A DNA stretch of 57,135 bases from positions 1 through 57,135 of the forward strand of contig CAUSQY010000001.1 in the NCBI GenBank assembly GCA_963533645.1. The letters run 5' to 3'. Under the pieces are notes generated by a model that saw only the letters and a list, made by a program, of their open reading frames with translations, was not told the DNA's origin and did not search any database. This document shows positions 16,829-26,727 of this stretch, piece after piece. The DNA comes from an uncultured Streptococcus sp. (lineage in GTDB: Bacteria > Bacillota > Bacilli > Lactobacillales > Streptococcaceae). Position 1 is the first letter of the stretch. Each line of letters opens with the position of its first letter. Both the position numbers and the translations under genes were made by a program.

Positions 16829-19201
16829 TTATGGAAAATGGGTGAGAATCTCACCTTTGGGCGTTACTTCCACAATCCCCATGAGAAGATTGCGTACCAT
16901 ATCTGTACGGATTTGTTGCTTCATGGTTTCAAAGCCTGCATAGGCCTCCTGATAGTACTCCACGATAGGGTTCTTTTGAGAAGCAGACTGGCTCCCGATT
17001 GCTAGACTGAGCTGTTGCAGGTAGTCGACTTGCTCAACCCAGTTGTCATCAATAGCCTTTAGCATGGATATTCTCAGAAAAGAATCATAGAGTTGGTGAG
17101 GTTGGAGGACTTCCTTTTTAGCTGCGATTTCCTTGGCTATTATTTCCTCTAGTAACTCCCGAATCTGATCTGCATCAGCTAAATCCAGATCAGCTGGTAA
17201 TTCTCTCATCCCAAAGCTAATATTGGTCACGATGAAGTGAAAGAGTTCTTGGGGGCTGCTATAGGCTTTTTCTGAGATTTGGTTGGTATAGTCTGCCAGT
17301 ATATCCTCAAGGATATGCTCTAGATCACGACTTCCATCCAGCAAGCGATCTCTTTCTTTGTAGATCATCTGACGCTGGATATTGACGCTTTCCGCATACT
17401 CTAAGGTTTGTCTGCGTACTGAGCGACTGGCACTATCACTAGCCTCTTGGGCTTTTCTGACGAGATTGCGGTACTTGCGAGCCTTGAGTGGGATAGGTTT
17501 GCTGATATCTTCCACTTGGTAGTCTTGATACAGGTCGTGAACCCAAGACGGTCCGAACTTTTTGATCACATCATCTTCAAGCGACACGAAAAATTGAGAC
17601 ATACCTGGATCACCCTGCCGGCCAGAACGACCTCTGATTTGCAGGTCAATTCGTCGGCTCTCCATTCGCTCGGTACCAATCACAACCAAACCGCCCAATT
17701 CTGCAACACCTGGACCGAGTTTGATATCTGTCCCGCGACCTGCCATAGAAGTCGCAACGGTGACTGCCCCCATCTGTCCAGACTCTGCGATAATCTGGGC
17801 TTCACGCGCCGCATGATTGGCATTAAGGACATTGTGAGAAATCCCCTCTCGCAAGAGCAAGGACGAGTAAAGCTGGGACATTTCAACAGATCCGACAAAG
17901 ATCAGGAGTGGATTGCCTTTGGCGTGATAGATCTTGATAGTTTCGAGAGAAGCATACACTTTCTCAGGGAGGGTCACATAGAGATTGTCCGGATGGTCCA
18001 TTCGTCTAAGTGGGCGATTGGTCGGAATGCGAATGACAGACATGTTGTAGGTTTCGAAAAATTCTTTTTCTGCCACCTTTCCCGTTCCCGTCATACCTGA
18101 GATTTTGCGAAACATCTTAAAGAGACTCTGGTAGGTGATCGAAGCCATGGCTCTGGTTTCAGGAGAGAGCTTCACATGTTCCTTGGCTTCGATGGCTTGA
18201 TGGAGACCTCCTTGAAGCTTGGTCATTTCCATCAGGCGACCTGTGCTCTTATCCAGCAAAACCATCTCTTGACCTCGAACCAGATAGTCCTTGTCCTTGG
18301 TAAAGAGCGTATGAGCTCTGAGCGCATAGACTAGATGTCGAACATAACTGGCGTACTCTTCCTTATAGAGATGATCGATTCCTAGGAATCCTTCAACCGT
18401 CTGAGCACCCTTACGGGTCAACCAAACTTGGTCTTTTTCTTCCTTGTAGATGTAGTCCTCTCCTTCAACCAAGGTCGTCACTAGGGTATCAATCATCCTA
18501 TAATAGTTAGACTGGACGCGGGGAGAGCCTGCGATAATCAAGGGAGTTTGGGCACTATCGAGTAGAATATCATCGATCTCATCGATGATAACATAGTTAA
18601 AGGGAGGCAGGAATTTCCCCTCACGAGTGGAGGCAAGGTTGTCATTGAGATAGTCAAATCCCAATACACTATTGGTCGTGTAGACGATATCTGAGGCGTA
18701 GATTTTTCTTTTCTCTTCGGCAGTCAAGTCCTCTTTTGGATCCTCTGAAAAAGGCAGACCGACAGTGAGACCTAAAAATTGGTAGACTGGGCCCATTTCA
18801 CTTGCGTCCCGTCTAGCCAGATAGTCATTGGTCGTGACCAGCACACTGCCTTTACCTGTTAGGGCATTGAGGTAGAGGGGCATGGTTGCAGTCAAGGTCT
18901 TGCCTTCACCTGTATTCATCTCAGCCACATTTCCTTGGTGGATCACAATGGCTCCCATGACCTGCACATCATAGGGAAAGAGACCCAAGACCCGTTTATC
19001 GGCCTCACGGACAAGGGCATAGGCTTCTACCAACAGTTCATCCAAGGATTCTCCTCTGGCAAGTCGCTGGCGAAACTCCTCTGTCTTTGTAGCCATTTCC
19101 TCATCACTGAGAGCTGCCATCTCTTCTTTGAGGGCATTGATTTGGCTTAAAAGTTTCTTGACCTTTCTCAGTTGTCTTTCTTGATACAAACGATTAAACA
19201 C
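16829..19201 (-). CDS. secA2: accessory Sec translocase ATPase SecA2
   Basis: [36 protein letters not shown]; likely GTG start at 19201 after GAGGAGG (790 aa). Confidence 0.96.
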   Translation of the reverse strand: MFNRLYQERQLRKVKKLLSQINALKEEMAALSDEEMATKTEEFRQRLARGESLDELLVEAYALVREADKRVLGLFPYDVQVMGAIVIHQGNVAEMNTGEGKTLTATMPLYLNALTGKGSVLVTTNDYLARRDASEMGPVYQFLGLTVGLPFSEDPKEDLTAEEKRKIYASDIVYTTNSVLGFDYLNDNLASTREGKFLPPFNYVIIDEIDDILLDSAQTPLIIAGSPRVQSNYYRMIDTLVTTLVEGEDYIYKEEKDQVWLTRKGAQTVEGFLGIDHLYKEEYASYVRHLVYALRAHTLFTKDKDYLVRGQEMVLLDKSTGRLMEMTKLQGGLHQAIEAKEHVKLSPETRAMASITYQSLFKMFRKISGMTGTGKVAEKEFFETYNMSVIRIPTNRPLRRMDHPDNLYVTLPEKVYASLETIKIYHAKGNPLLIFVGSVEMSQLYSSLLLREGISHNVLNANHAAREAQIIAESGQMGAVTVATSMAGRGTDIKLGPGVAELGGLVVIGTERMESRRIDLQIRGRSGRQGDPGMSQFFVSLEDDVIKKFGPSWVHDLYQDYQVEDISKPIPLKARKYRNLVRKAQEASDSASRSVRRQTLEYAESVNIQRQMIYKERDRLLDGSRDLEHILEDILADYTNQISEKAYSSPQELFHFIVTNISFGMRELPADLDLADADQIRELLEEIIAKEIAAKKEVLQPHQLYDSFLRISMLKAIDDNWVEQVDYLQQLSLAIGSQSASQKNPIVEYYQEAYAGFETMKQQIRTDMVRNLLMGIVEVTPKGEILTHFP

Positions 19202-19634
19202 CATCATCCTCCTCAATAGAAAACGAAACAAAGTCAAGAGCCTCAAAACCTGCACTAATCAAGGAAAGGCGGTAGGTGTAGGCCGCTTCAGGATAGGTGA
19301 AGCTAAAAGAAAATTGTCTTTCAATCTTCTCTTCGATGATTTCTTCATAACGGTTTAAAAAAGTCAGTTTGAGATAGAGGCCATTGGTCGGTTGAACCTG
19401 CATCTTCATAGATAAACGGTAGGTGTGATTTTTCTTGAGAAGAGGGAGGCTGGGCTGGCTTCTAGTGGCCTGGTAGTTGACACTGGAAAACCAGGTTTTA
19501 AGGGTTTCACCTGAAGCCAGCAAAGGATTTTTCAGGGTAACATGACCATCTGCATGATAGGTGATCTGGCTACCGTAAAGATAAGTGGCTCCCATCTCGC
19601 CCCACCTAATATCCTCTCTCTTGATGATAATCAT
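19194..19634 (-). CDS. asp3: accessory Sec protein Asp3
   Basis: TYLYGS.I, W.S..NYQ..R..PSLPLL motifs; position. Confidence 0.9.
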   Translation of the reverse strand: MIIIKREDIRWGEMGATYLYGSQITYHADGHVTLKNPLLASGETLKTWFSSVNYQATRSQPSLPLLKKNHTYRLSMKMQVQPTNGLYLKLTFLNRYEEIIEEKIERQFSFSFTYPEAAYTYRLSLISAGFEALDFVSFSIEEDDGV

Positions 19635-21160
19635 GTCTCACCTCTTCCGTATTCTTCTAGTATCATCTTATAAAAATGAATAAACCAGGCAACGTTTGTT
19701 CCTGTGTCATCATTGTGTCGACCTGCGGTTCCTTTGGACAAGATCTTGGCTCCTGTCTGACAGAGTGTCTCCACTAGTTGGTCATAGGCTCCACTATCCA
19801 TATCCTCGTCCTTCATGTAAGAAAGACCAAAGGTCGTCTGGGAAAAATCAGCTTGTTTAAATCGGGTCCAAAAACGTTGGTCCAAGTCCTTCATGTCTTT
19901 CTGGCTCACTCCTCCTGTCTGAAGGTGCAAGACATCAAAGCTAGTTGGAAAGACTCCTGGCGCCTCTAGTCGGCCCCGCTGTGCGATGGTTCCTAGATTG
20001 GTCAAGGGTTTTCCGACTACAATCCCCTTGGGTTCAAAGTAGGCTCCGTAGTAGAGGGCTGGGAAGGTTCCCATTGACAGCCCAGATAGGATCAAGTCAC
20101 TTCTATCCAAGCCTAGATAGTCCAGATAGTGTTGGATTGTTGCTTGTATGCTGGCTTCTAATTCCTCAGTTCCTAGGTAAAAGGCTCCTCCTTCTAATCG
20201 AGGGTCCGAAAAGAGGAGAAAGGGGCATCTGAGATTCTTCATCATCCAGTAACCCTCAAAACCTTCCGCCGGACGGTAACCTGAGAAATAGACTGCTAGA
20301 GGAGGCTTGAAATCCCCCGGGTGAAAGAAATAGTTGATTTCCTCGCGTTTTTTGTCATGTAGGATATTGCCTCCGAGAACAAACTTTCCAAACTGTTTCC
20401 GGCTCCAGCGTTGGTGGAGATTGCCGATGTTGACCTTTCCCTGACCACGCGCTTCAAGAGAAATGCTCAGATAAGCATCATAGTCTTGCTCCACTATGAT
20501 TGCTGAGGCAAAGTCTGCTTCCTCAAGGAGAATATCCTGTTTTATCTCTGAGATGGATCCTGCTGGGATCTTTCGCAAACGCAAGCGCAATTCCACTGGT
20601 CCACTCTTTTCATATTCGAGCCAGAGTTCGATTGGTGCATGGGCTTGGACAGACTGATTATAGGCCCAAGAGGCTAGCTGGGTATAGGTTTTCCCAAAAT
20701 CACCTTCTAATTCCAGATGCTCAAATCCTTGATAGGAGACAGAGCCTTGAAAACTCGGGTGAATTCGTATCGTAGCTGGGCTCAGCTTGTCTCCATAACC
20801 GCCTTCAAAGAGGGAGGTGGAAAGGTCTCGAACAAAGCCCTGTCGGTCTGTTAGGTCCATCGCCTGCATGCAGTGCTGTTTTATGAGCTTCTGAATGTTT
20901 TTATCCTGACTTACAAACGGTTCTGGATAGAAAACTGTATAGGGTTCCAAGCTATCTGTAAAAGGCAGTAAATCTCCTAGATAAGCTCCATCCGCAAGAA
21001 TGACAGCATGAAAGTGCTCTAAGTCATTCTCATCCATGATTTTCTGGATGGCAGACGGTGTATCGGGAGAGACATGATACCAGTCTAGTTGGGCTGGTAA
21101 GGCAAGTGTATCTCGCCAATCCTCTGGACTGATTTGCAAGATCTTATATTTCTTTTCCAT
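19631..21160 (-). CDS. asp2: accessory Sec protein Asp2 (O-acetyltransferase)
   Basis: GDFKPPL.VYFSGYR.AEGFEG, GLSMG, GRHND motifs. Confidence 0.93.
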   Translation of the reverse strand: MEKKYKILQISPEDWRDTLALPAQLDWYHVSPDTPSAIQKIMDENDLEHFHAVILADGAYLGDLLPFTDSLEPYTVFYPEPFVSQDKNIQKLIKQHCMQAMDLTDRQGFVRDLSTSLFEGGYGDKLSPATIRIHPSFQGSVSYQGFEHLELEGDFGKTYTQLASWAYNQSVQAHAPIELWLEYEKSGPVELRLRLRKIPAGSISEIKQDILLEEADFASAIIVEQDYDAYLSISLEARGQGKVNIGNLHQRWSRKQFGKFVLGGNILHDKKREEINYFFHPGDFKPPLAVYFSGYRPAEGFEGYWMMKNLRCPFLLFSDPRLEGGAFYLGTEELEASIQATIQHYLDYLGLDRSDLILSGLSMGTFPALYYGAYFEPKGIVVGKPLTNLGTIAQRGRLEAPGVFPTSFDVLHLQTGGVSQKDMKDLDQRFWTRFKQADFSQTTFGLSYMKDEDMDSGAYDQLVETLCQTGAKILSKGTAGRHNDDTGTNVAWFIHFYKMILEEYGRGET

Positions 21161-22724
21161 GAGTCACCTCCTCCAACCACTTCTCTAGTTTAATCAGAAA
21201 TTGCTCCCCAGTGTGTTCCTTTATCTTTTCGATGGAATGGATCAAAGCATCATTCCACACCTGCAGGCTATCGAGATAGTAATGGGCAGCTTGAGCAAAA
21301 TCAGCAGTGTTTTCCAACAGATAGCCATTCTTCTGATGGCTGACATACTCTGTTTTGACCCTATTGATTTGAGGGATACCAGCACTAATACCCGCTATCT
21401 GGGTATAGAGGAGAGGTTGACTGTTCAAATCGACAATCAAACGAACAAATTCCAGCTGCTTGATTAACTCCGATTCATCCTTCATATTGACAAACGAATA
21501 GTGCTTGCTCTGATGGCGATTGTCCTCAAGCGGATTTTCAGCTCCTTGGTAATCAACTTCCTTCTCCAGTTCCTGGTCTTGAAACTGCTCTGCAACCATC
21601 TCAGAAACACGTGTTTCCAGCTGTTTCATTTCTTCTTGACTAGCAGCAAAGGCTCCAAAGACCAACTCCGTATCCTTGTTTTCAGAAAGGAAATGCAAGA
21701 CCTGATAGAGCGCTTGGGCCTCTATCCCCTGCTCAAAGTCCAGTTGATAGTAGAGGAGCGACTCCTTCCGAGTCTGACTCTTTCCTAGCTCCAAGCGGGT
21801 ATCAAAAGGTGATAAATGACGAAACTTCGTTGCTTGATTTGGAAAGGCAGACTGAGCCAAGTGCAAGGTGTCCTCTCTGTCGACCAGAACAAGGTCCACC
21901 TTAGGCAACAAATTCGCCAACTGAGGTAGTTTCTCTTGGGGATTTCGTCCGATAAAAAGGCTGAGAACCTTAGTGGTTTGGTGAGGCAATCGTTCTAAAA
22001 GGAAGTCATTGTGCTGATCACAAGCAGGCAGAAAATAGGTCGCTCCTTCCTCAGGGAGTTGAGCTAATCTCTTCTCAAAAAACTCCGAAATCAATTCCCC
22101 CATATCTCGGTAGGCCTCTTTTTGGAAGCGAAAAGCAAAGATAGGATTGACCTCGATACGGCCCTCATCTTGCAAATGCTCTCTAAACTGCCACAGTCCC
22201 TTGGGATTGAGGTAGTCTTGGCAGAGAGCCTGACCCTCTTCGTAGTAAATCACACTGGAAACCAGGCCCCGATCATCCATCAGGTAATTAGCAGACAATA
22301 GCCCATCTTCCTTGAAATACTGAATCGTACTGATAAAACCTTCAATCCCATGCTCTACCTGGGCATAGGGCTTGCCATCCTTCAGCACCAGAATAGTAAA
22401 GGGACTGTAAACAAACTCGCAGTCCTCTTCCCACTCAATATCTCTGAGCTGCAAGACCTGTGGTCGAATCTCATGAAAATCCTGCAATTCATCAAATAAG
22501 GAATAAACCTGTGCTTCTAAAATACCTTGGCGATGGAGAAAATAGCGTAGATGAGGCTGATAGGACAAAAGGAGGACCTGTGCAGGAATCCCTTGGCGTT
22601 GCATTAAGCGAATCTGATTGAAGGTGTCATCAAATTCTAGCTTAAAATGAGAAAAATACCAGGGTGTCAAATCAGCATGCCAGGGACGCTCCTTGCCATA
22701 CCAAGCCGGGATAAAGTAATACAT
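21144..22724 (-). CDS. asp1: accessory Sec protein Asp1
   Basis: MYYFIPAWY, EFDDT.NQIR, TQIAGISAGIPQIN motifs. Confidence 0.93.
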   Translation of the reverse strand: MYYFIPAWYGKERPWHADLTPWYFSHFKLEFDDTFNQIRLMQRQGIPAQVLLLSYQPHLRYFLHRQGILEAQVYSLFDELQDFHEIRPQVLQLRDIEWEEDCEFVYSPFTILVLKDGKPYAQVEHGIEGFISTIQYFKEDGLLSANYLMDDRGLVSSVIYYEEGQALCQDYLNPKGLWQFREHLQDEGRIEVNPIFAFRFQKEAYRDMGELISEFFEKRLAQLPEEGATYFLPACDQHNDFLLERLPHQTTKVLSLFIGRNPQEKLPQLANLLPKVDLVLVDREDTLHLAQSAFPNQATKFRHLSPFDTRLELGKSQTRKESLLYYQLDFEQGIEAQALYQVLHFLSENKDTELVFGAFAASQEEMKQLETRVSEMVAEQFQDQELEKEVDYQGAENPLEDNRHQSKHYSFVNMKDESELIKQLEFVRLIVDLNSQPLLYTQIAGISAGIPQINRVKTEYVSHQKNGYLLENTADFAQAAHYYLDSLQVWNDALIHSIEKIKEHTGEQFLIKLEKWLEEVTHGKEI

Positions 22725-22733
22725 CAAAACCTC

Positions 22734-23951
22734 CTAGAATAGTGGCCGATACCTTTCATTTAATCTGAGCGCCTGCAATTCATCATGAATCGTAAACAAC
22801 ATGCCACTCAAAATTAAAAAGAGTCCAGGAATCATGCTGACTTTTAACAAACTCTCATCCTTCAAGACAAACAAGATTGGAAGTCCAGCCAAGGTAACGT
22901 TAAAGACTGCACCTATCAGAGCAAATCGCAGAACCAAGCGATTAATAAAGCGACTGGTATCCTCACCAGGATAGACCCCGTAGATGTAATCTCCTGATTG
23001 CTTCATCCGATCTGCGATCTGTTGACCACTCACATTGACAAAGGCAAAGGCAATGCTAAAGACAAAGAGGATAAGGATATAAGCGTAGATCCACAAGGGT
23101 TTCCCCATCGCATACTGCTCCAGTATGGCAGGGTAGAGCGGATTACCCTTATCCAGATGTTGAAGCAAGATCAAGAGATAGGAAGGTAAGCCCATGAGAC
23201 TCATCACATACATATAAGGCATGCCACCCGCAGGATTGAGCATGATTTCCAGATAAGAATAGCGTTTAAAGCGAGAATGAAGTCCGATTTTATTGATAGG
23301 GATGCGGTATCTAGCTCGATAAAATAGAACGACTAGATAGGTAAAGAGGACGCCAAGTATCAGCAACAGGAAAAGCAACCAAGGAGAGATCTTATGCACT
23401 TGGACCGATTGGATGATGTCCTGAGGGAGTGAAGCCACCATACTCGCCAATAAAATGACCACAGGGCCTCCAACTCCGATAGTCGCATTGATGTCTGACA
23501 GCCAAACCAAGAAGAAGGTCCCCGCAACCAAAATGCTGGTATTGAGGAGAAAGACCAAGAAGGGATTGTAGGGAGCTTGGACAGGAAGGTTTGTAGTCAA
23601 GGCCAAGGCCTGAATCAAGGCAATTCCTAACGTCAAGTACATTTTCCGTCTATCCTGGACTTCCGAAGAAACCGAGTTTAGGCCCAGTTTCTTTGAAAAG
23701 GAAAACATCTGCCACAAGATCATAGCTGACATCCAAGGTGAAAGTCCGATGGAAAAGAGAGAGAGGCTACGAAGATTTCCACCAGTTAGGGCTACTGAAA
23801 AGTCCAGATAGGCTGCGCCTCCTCCGAGAAAATTCCGGCTATTGAGGTCAACAAAGGGAAGAGCCAGACGACTCCCGAGCACATAAATAAAGAGCAAAAA
23901 CAGGGTGTGCATCCCTTTTTTTACTGCAATCGATGAACGAAATTCTTTCAC
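22734..23951 (-). CDS. secY2: accessory Sec translocase subunit SecY2
   Basis: [36 protein letters not shown] motifs; GTG start at 23951 after AGGAGG (405 aa). Confidence 0.93.
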   Translation of the reverse strand: MKEFRSSIAVKKGMHTLFLLFIYVLGSRLALPFVDLNSRNFLGGGAAYLDFSVALTGGNLRSLSLFSIGLSPWMSAMILWQMFSFSKKLGLNSVSSEVQDRRKMYLTLGIALIQALALTTNLPVQAPYNPFLVFLLNTSILVAGTFFLVWLSDINATIGVGGPVVILLASMVASLPQDIIQSVQVHKISPWLLFLLLILGVLFTYLVVLFYRARYRIPINKIGLHSRFKRYSYLEIMLNPAGGMPYMYVMSLMGLPSYLLILLQHLDKGNPLYPAILEQYAMGKPLWIYAYILILFVFSIAFAFVNVSGQQIADRMKQSGDYIYGVYPGEDTSRFINRLVLRFALIGAVFNVTLAGLPILFVLKDESLLKVSMIPGLFLILSGMLFTIHDELQALRLNERYRPLF

Positions 23952-24037
23952 TAGCTCCTCCTTTTCATTTTTATCTTTCTGTCCTGTCACACGGGAACAA
24001 TCTTGTCCTTCCATCTTAGAATTTTCAAATCTCTATC

Positions 24038-25267
24038 TCAGTTTTCGTGAGTTTTATCATCCAGATAAGCCTTCAAAGTAGCCACCATTTCTTCTGGTCT
24101 TTCTGCTGAGAAAATACCTGCATAGGCACTTTCGGGTAGTTCCTGGGACTGGGTATTGTCAAAAGTCAAGATCGGTTTCTCAAAGCGTGAAATATAGTCA
24201 TAAACAACACTCAACTTGTCATCGTGGTTAATATCAAGGTAGACATCTGTCTGCTGGATCAATTTCTCAATCAAGAGAGGGAAGGTGTTGGGATAGAGGG
24301 TCACATTTTCAAAACGTGACAAGAGCATGAGTTCCGGTGCCATCGTCGTATAGGCTGCGATGTAGAAATGCACCTCTGGCAAGGCTTGAACCAGATAGTC
24401 AATTTTCTCAAGATGCCAGGAGTTGGTCAAATTAACACAAGACATAGCTGGCTGATAGACTGTGACTGGATAGTCAATTCCAGCCTGACGCCATTTTTCA
24501 GTAATGGTAGACCACTCCATCAGATGATAGTGCCACCAAACCTCACGCAAACGCCCAACTGAATGAGTGTTCCAAGGTTTGTCCTGAGAGAGGAAATGCA
24601 AGATGGCTGGCAGGGGCTCTAGGGGAATCTGGAAGATGAACTCATGTCCATGTGAGGCAGCCCCACTGTCAAAACCAATCTGGAAATTATAGTTCTGATC
24701 CAGAGGAGCATAGCTGTCATGAAAGAGCATATTGAGGATAGACTGGTCCCCTTCACTGACATGTTGGTGTTCCCGCTCCGTCAGCTCAACTAGCTCTTGT
24801 CTCATAGCTTCTGCTCGCCATTTTTTGTTGTTTATCAAGAGAACCCCTGCATTAAAACCAACCCCAACTCCAAAACAAGATGGTGCAGCAGCTAGATAGT
24901 TTTCGCCTAAGTCCATTTCAAAGAGGGGCGTCAAATCAGCCGTCACTACCAGATCACTGTCCAAGTAAAGAACCTTGTCCTCTTCAACAAAATCAGGAAT
25001 AAAATAACGGGCAAAGGTCATGTGATTGATATGGGGCAATTTGTTGCTCCAGTTCATCTGAAACTGGGCGCCAAGCATCTTGACATCCACCAACTCACCG
25101 CCCATTTGCTCTACTATCGGTCTGAGAGCGCGGAACCATTCCTGGGGTATATCCTGGTTAAAGATATAGACCTTGACATGGCTATTATGGTAGCAGAGAG
25201 ACTTGAGCGCTGTTTCAATCTGGCGGATATAGGCATAATCTCCTGCGAGAACAATTGTTTTTTTCAT
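24038..25267 (-). CDS. GT8 glycosyltransferase with C-terminal add-on domain (Gly-like)
   Basis: ARYFIP, LYLDSD, FNAGVLLIN, GDQSILN, HF...KPW; C-terminal YLDINH. Confidence 0.9.
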   Translation of the reverse strand: MKKTIVLAGDYAYIRQIETALKSLCYHNSHVKVYIFNQDIPQEWFRALRPIVEQMGGELVDVKMLGAQFQMNWSNKLPHINHMTFARYFIPDFVEEDKVLYLDSDLVVTADLTPLFEMDLGENYLAAAPSCFGVGVGFNAGVLLINNKKWRAEAMRQELVELTEREHQHVSEGDQSILNMLFHDSYAPLDQNYNFQIGFDSGAASHGHEFIFQIPLEPLPAILHFLSQDKPWNTHSVGRLREVWWHYHLMEWSTITEKWRQAGIDYPVTVYQPAMSCVNLTNSWHLEKIDYLVQALPEVHFYIAAYTTMAPELMLLSRFENVTLYPNTFPLLIEKLIQQTDVYLDINHDDKLSVVYDYISRFEKPILTFDNTQSQELPESAYAGIFSAERPEEMVATLKAYLDDKTHEN

Positions 25268-25282
25268 TTAGTTTCCTTCAGT

Positions 25283-26509
25283 TCACAACGACTGCTTCTG
25301 TGATTCCAAAAGCGTGCGGATAGACTCGATCATTTGATCTACGGCAGCTGGTGAGTAGACATGACTGTAACCACTCGAGTCATGACTAGTGGTCTCAAAA
25401 GCAAATATAGGGATTTCTCTTTGCTGCACCTCTTGGATGGTGTTTGCAATTTCATCCTCATGATTGATATCCAAGTAAAAATCAATCTTTTCCAAGACTT
25501 TTCTGACATTCATGGGATTAAAGTAAGGATAGAGGCGTACATTTAGATGTGATTGCAAATTCATAATCTCCGGTGCAAAATTGGTGTGAGCTAGGATAGA
25601 GAACTCTACATCTGGCAATTCTTGGATCAGGTGTTCGATTTGCTCTATGTGACACGTATTGGTAAAAATAGCGGTCGCATACTGGGGAGCTTGAACTAAA
25701 GATGCTAAACCTTTATGGAAATCACATTTTTTCATGACAATATCAGACCACTCTAGTCCGTAGTAAAACCACCAGTCCTCCCTCAAACGATTGAGGTTGA
25801 TTTGATACCAAGGCTTGTCCCCAGTATAATGGATAATCTTGGCTGTCTTTTCAGTAGCAAGAGAATCCCTATACCAAGAATCCATCTGGTAATTTCGAGC
25901 CACTGTATCCATACCAACCATAAAATTATAGGTAGCTGGCAGCGATTTCCAACGACCTTCAAAAAGGTGATTTAACACGCCCTGATCGCCAAAAACTTGG
26001 TCATGCAGTTGGTCTGTCAAGCTCAACAAGTGCTCCGTCACCTTTTCTTGACGCCAGAGAGCCACATTAATCAGCAAGACACCTGCATTAAAAGTGCTAG
26101 GAACTAGAGCATCTGCTACAGCAGCTACTGGCCAGTCTGCCATATCTTCTAAAAAGAGTTGATCCAGGTTTGATCTAACGATGATATCCGAATCCAGGTA
26201 CAAGGCTAGATCTTCGCTAACAAACTGAGGAATAAAATAACGAAAGAAAGTTGCATAACTTAGGTGGGCTAGTGGCAAACTATACTCTTTCAAACCTTGA
26301 TGACTAATCTTGACATTGACGATTTTTGAGGCTAGAGGTTCTAAACGTCTCTCCATGAGCTGAAACCATTCTGATGGCAAATCATCATTGAAAACATAAA
26401 AAGTCACTGCTCGGTTATGGGCGCAGATTGACTTGATTGTTGTCTCAATCTTGTCCATATATGCATTATCACCACCGAGTACAATGGCTTTTTGAAGCTC
26501 TTTTTTCAT
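25283..26509 (-). CDS. GT8 glycosyltransferase with C-terminal add-on domain (Gly-like)
   Basis: RYFIP, LYLDSD, FNAGVLLIN, GDQGVLN, HYTG.KPW; ATG at 26509. Confidence 0.9.
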   Translation of the reverse strand: MKKELQKAIVLGGDNAYMDKIETTIKSICAHNRAVTFYVFNDDLPSEWFQLMERRLEPLASKIVNVKISHQGLKEYSLPLAHLSYATFFRYFIPQFVSEDLALYLDSDIIVRSNLDQLFLEDMADWPVAAVADALVPSTFNAGVLLINVALWRQEKVTEHLLSLTDQLHDQVFGDQGVLNHLFEGRWKSLPATYNFMVGMDTVARNYQMDSWYRDSLATEKTAKIIHYTGDKPWYQINLNRLREDWWFYYGLEWSDIVMKKCDFHKGLASLVQAPQYATAIFTNTCHIEQIEHLIQELPDVEFSILAHTNFAPEIMNLQSHLNVRLYPYFNPMNVRKVLEKIDFYLDINHEDEIANTIQEVQQREIPIFAFETTSHDSSGYSHVYSPAAVDQMIESIRTLLESQKQSL

Positions 26510-26592
26510 TTCGTCCCCTTTTCTTTTCACATTCTTTTGGCTACTTTTCTACTACTATAGTTCTGATTTTTCGATGATTCTCTCACCTTCCT

Positions 26593-26621
26593 ATTATACC
26601 TTTTCCCCTAATTTATTTCAA
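26593..26621 (-). promoter_or_regulatory. sigma-A promoter for the GT8-secY2-asp-secA2-gtf operon
   Basis: TTGAAA-17nt-TATAAT on the minus strand. Confidence 0.7.
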
Positions 26622-26655
26622 ACTCAAAAGAGGATTTTCCCCTTCTCACATATAG

Positions 26656-26691
26656 AAAAAACCTTTGAAAAATCATGTTTTCAAAGGTTTT
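26656..26691 (-). terminator. terminator of the SRR adhesin gene
   Basis: aaaacctttgaaaa-atcatg-ttttcaaaggtttt hairpin. Confidence 0.75.
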
Positions 26692-26727
26692 CCATTTTAT
26701 TATTTATTCATTGATTTTTATATCTTA

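Noticed and set aside
17447..18100. 217-aa plus-strand ORF
   Set aside because: Antisense shadow of secA2
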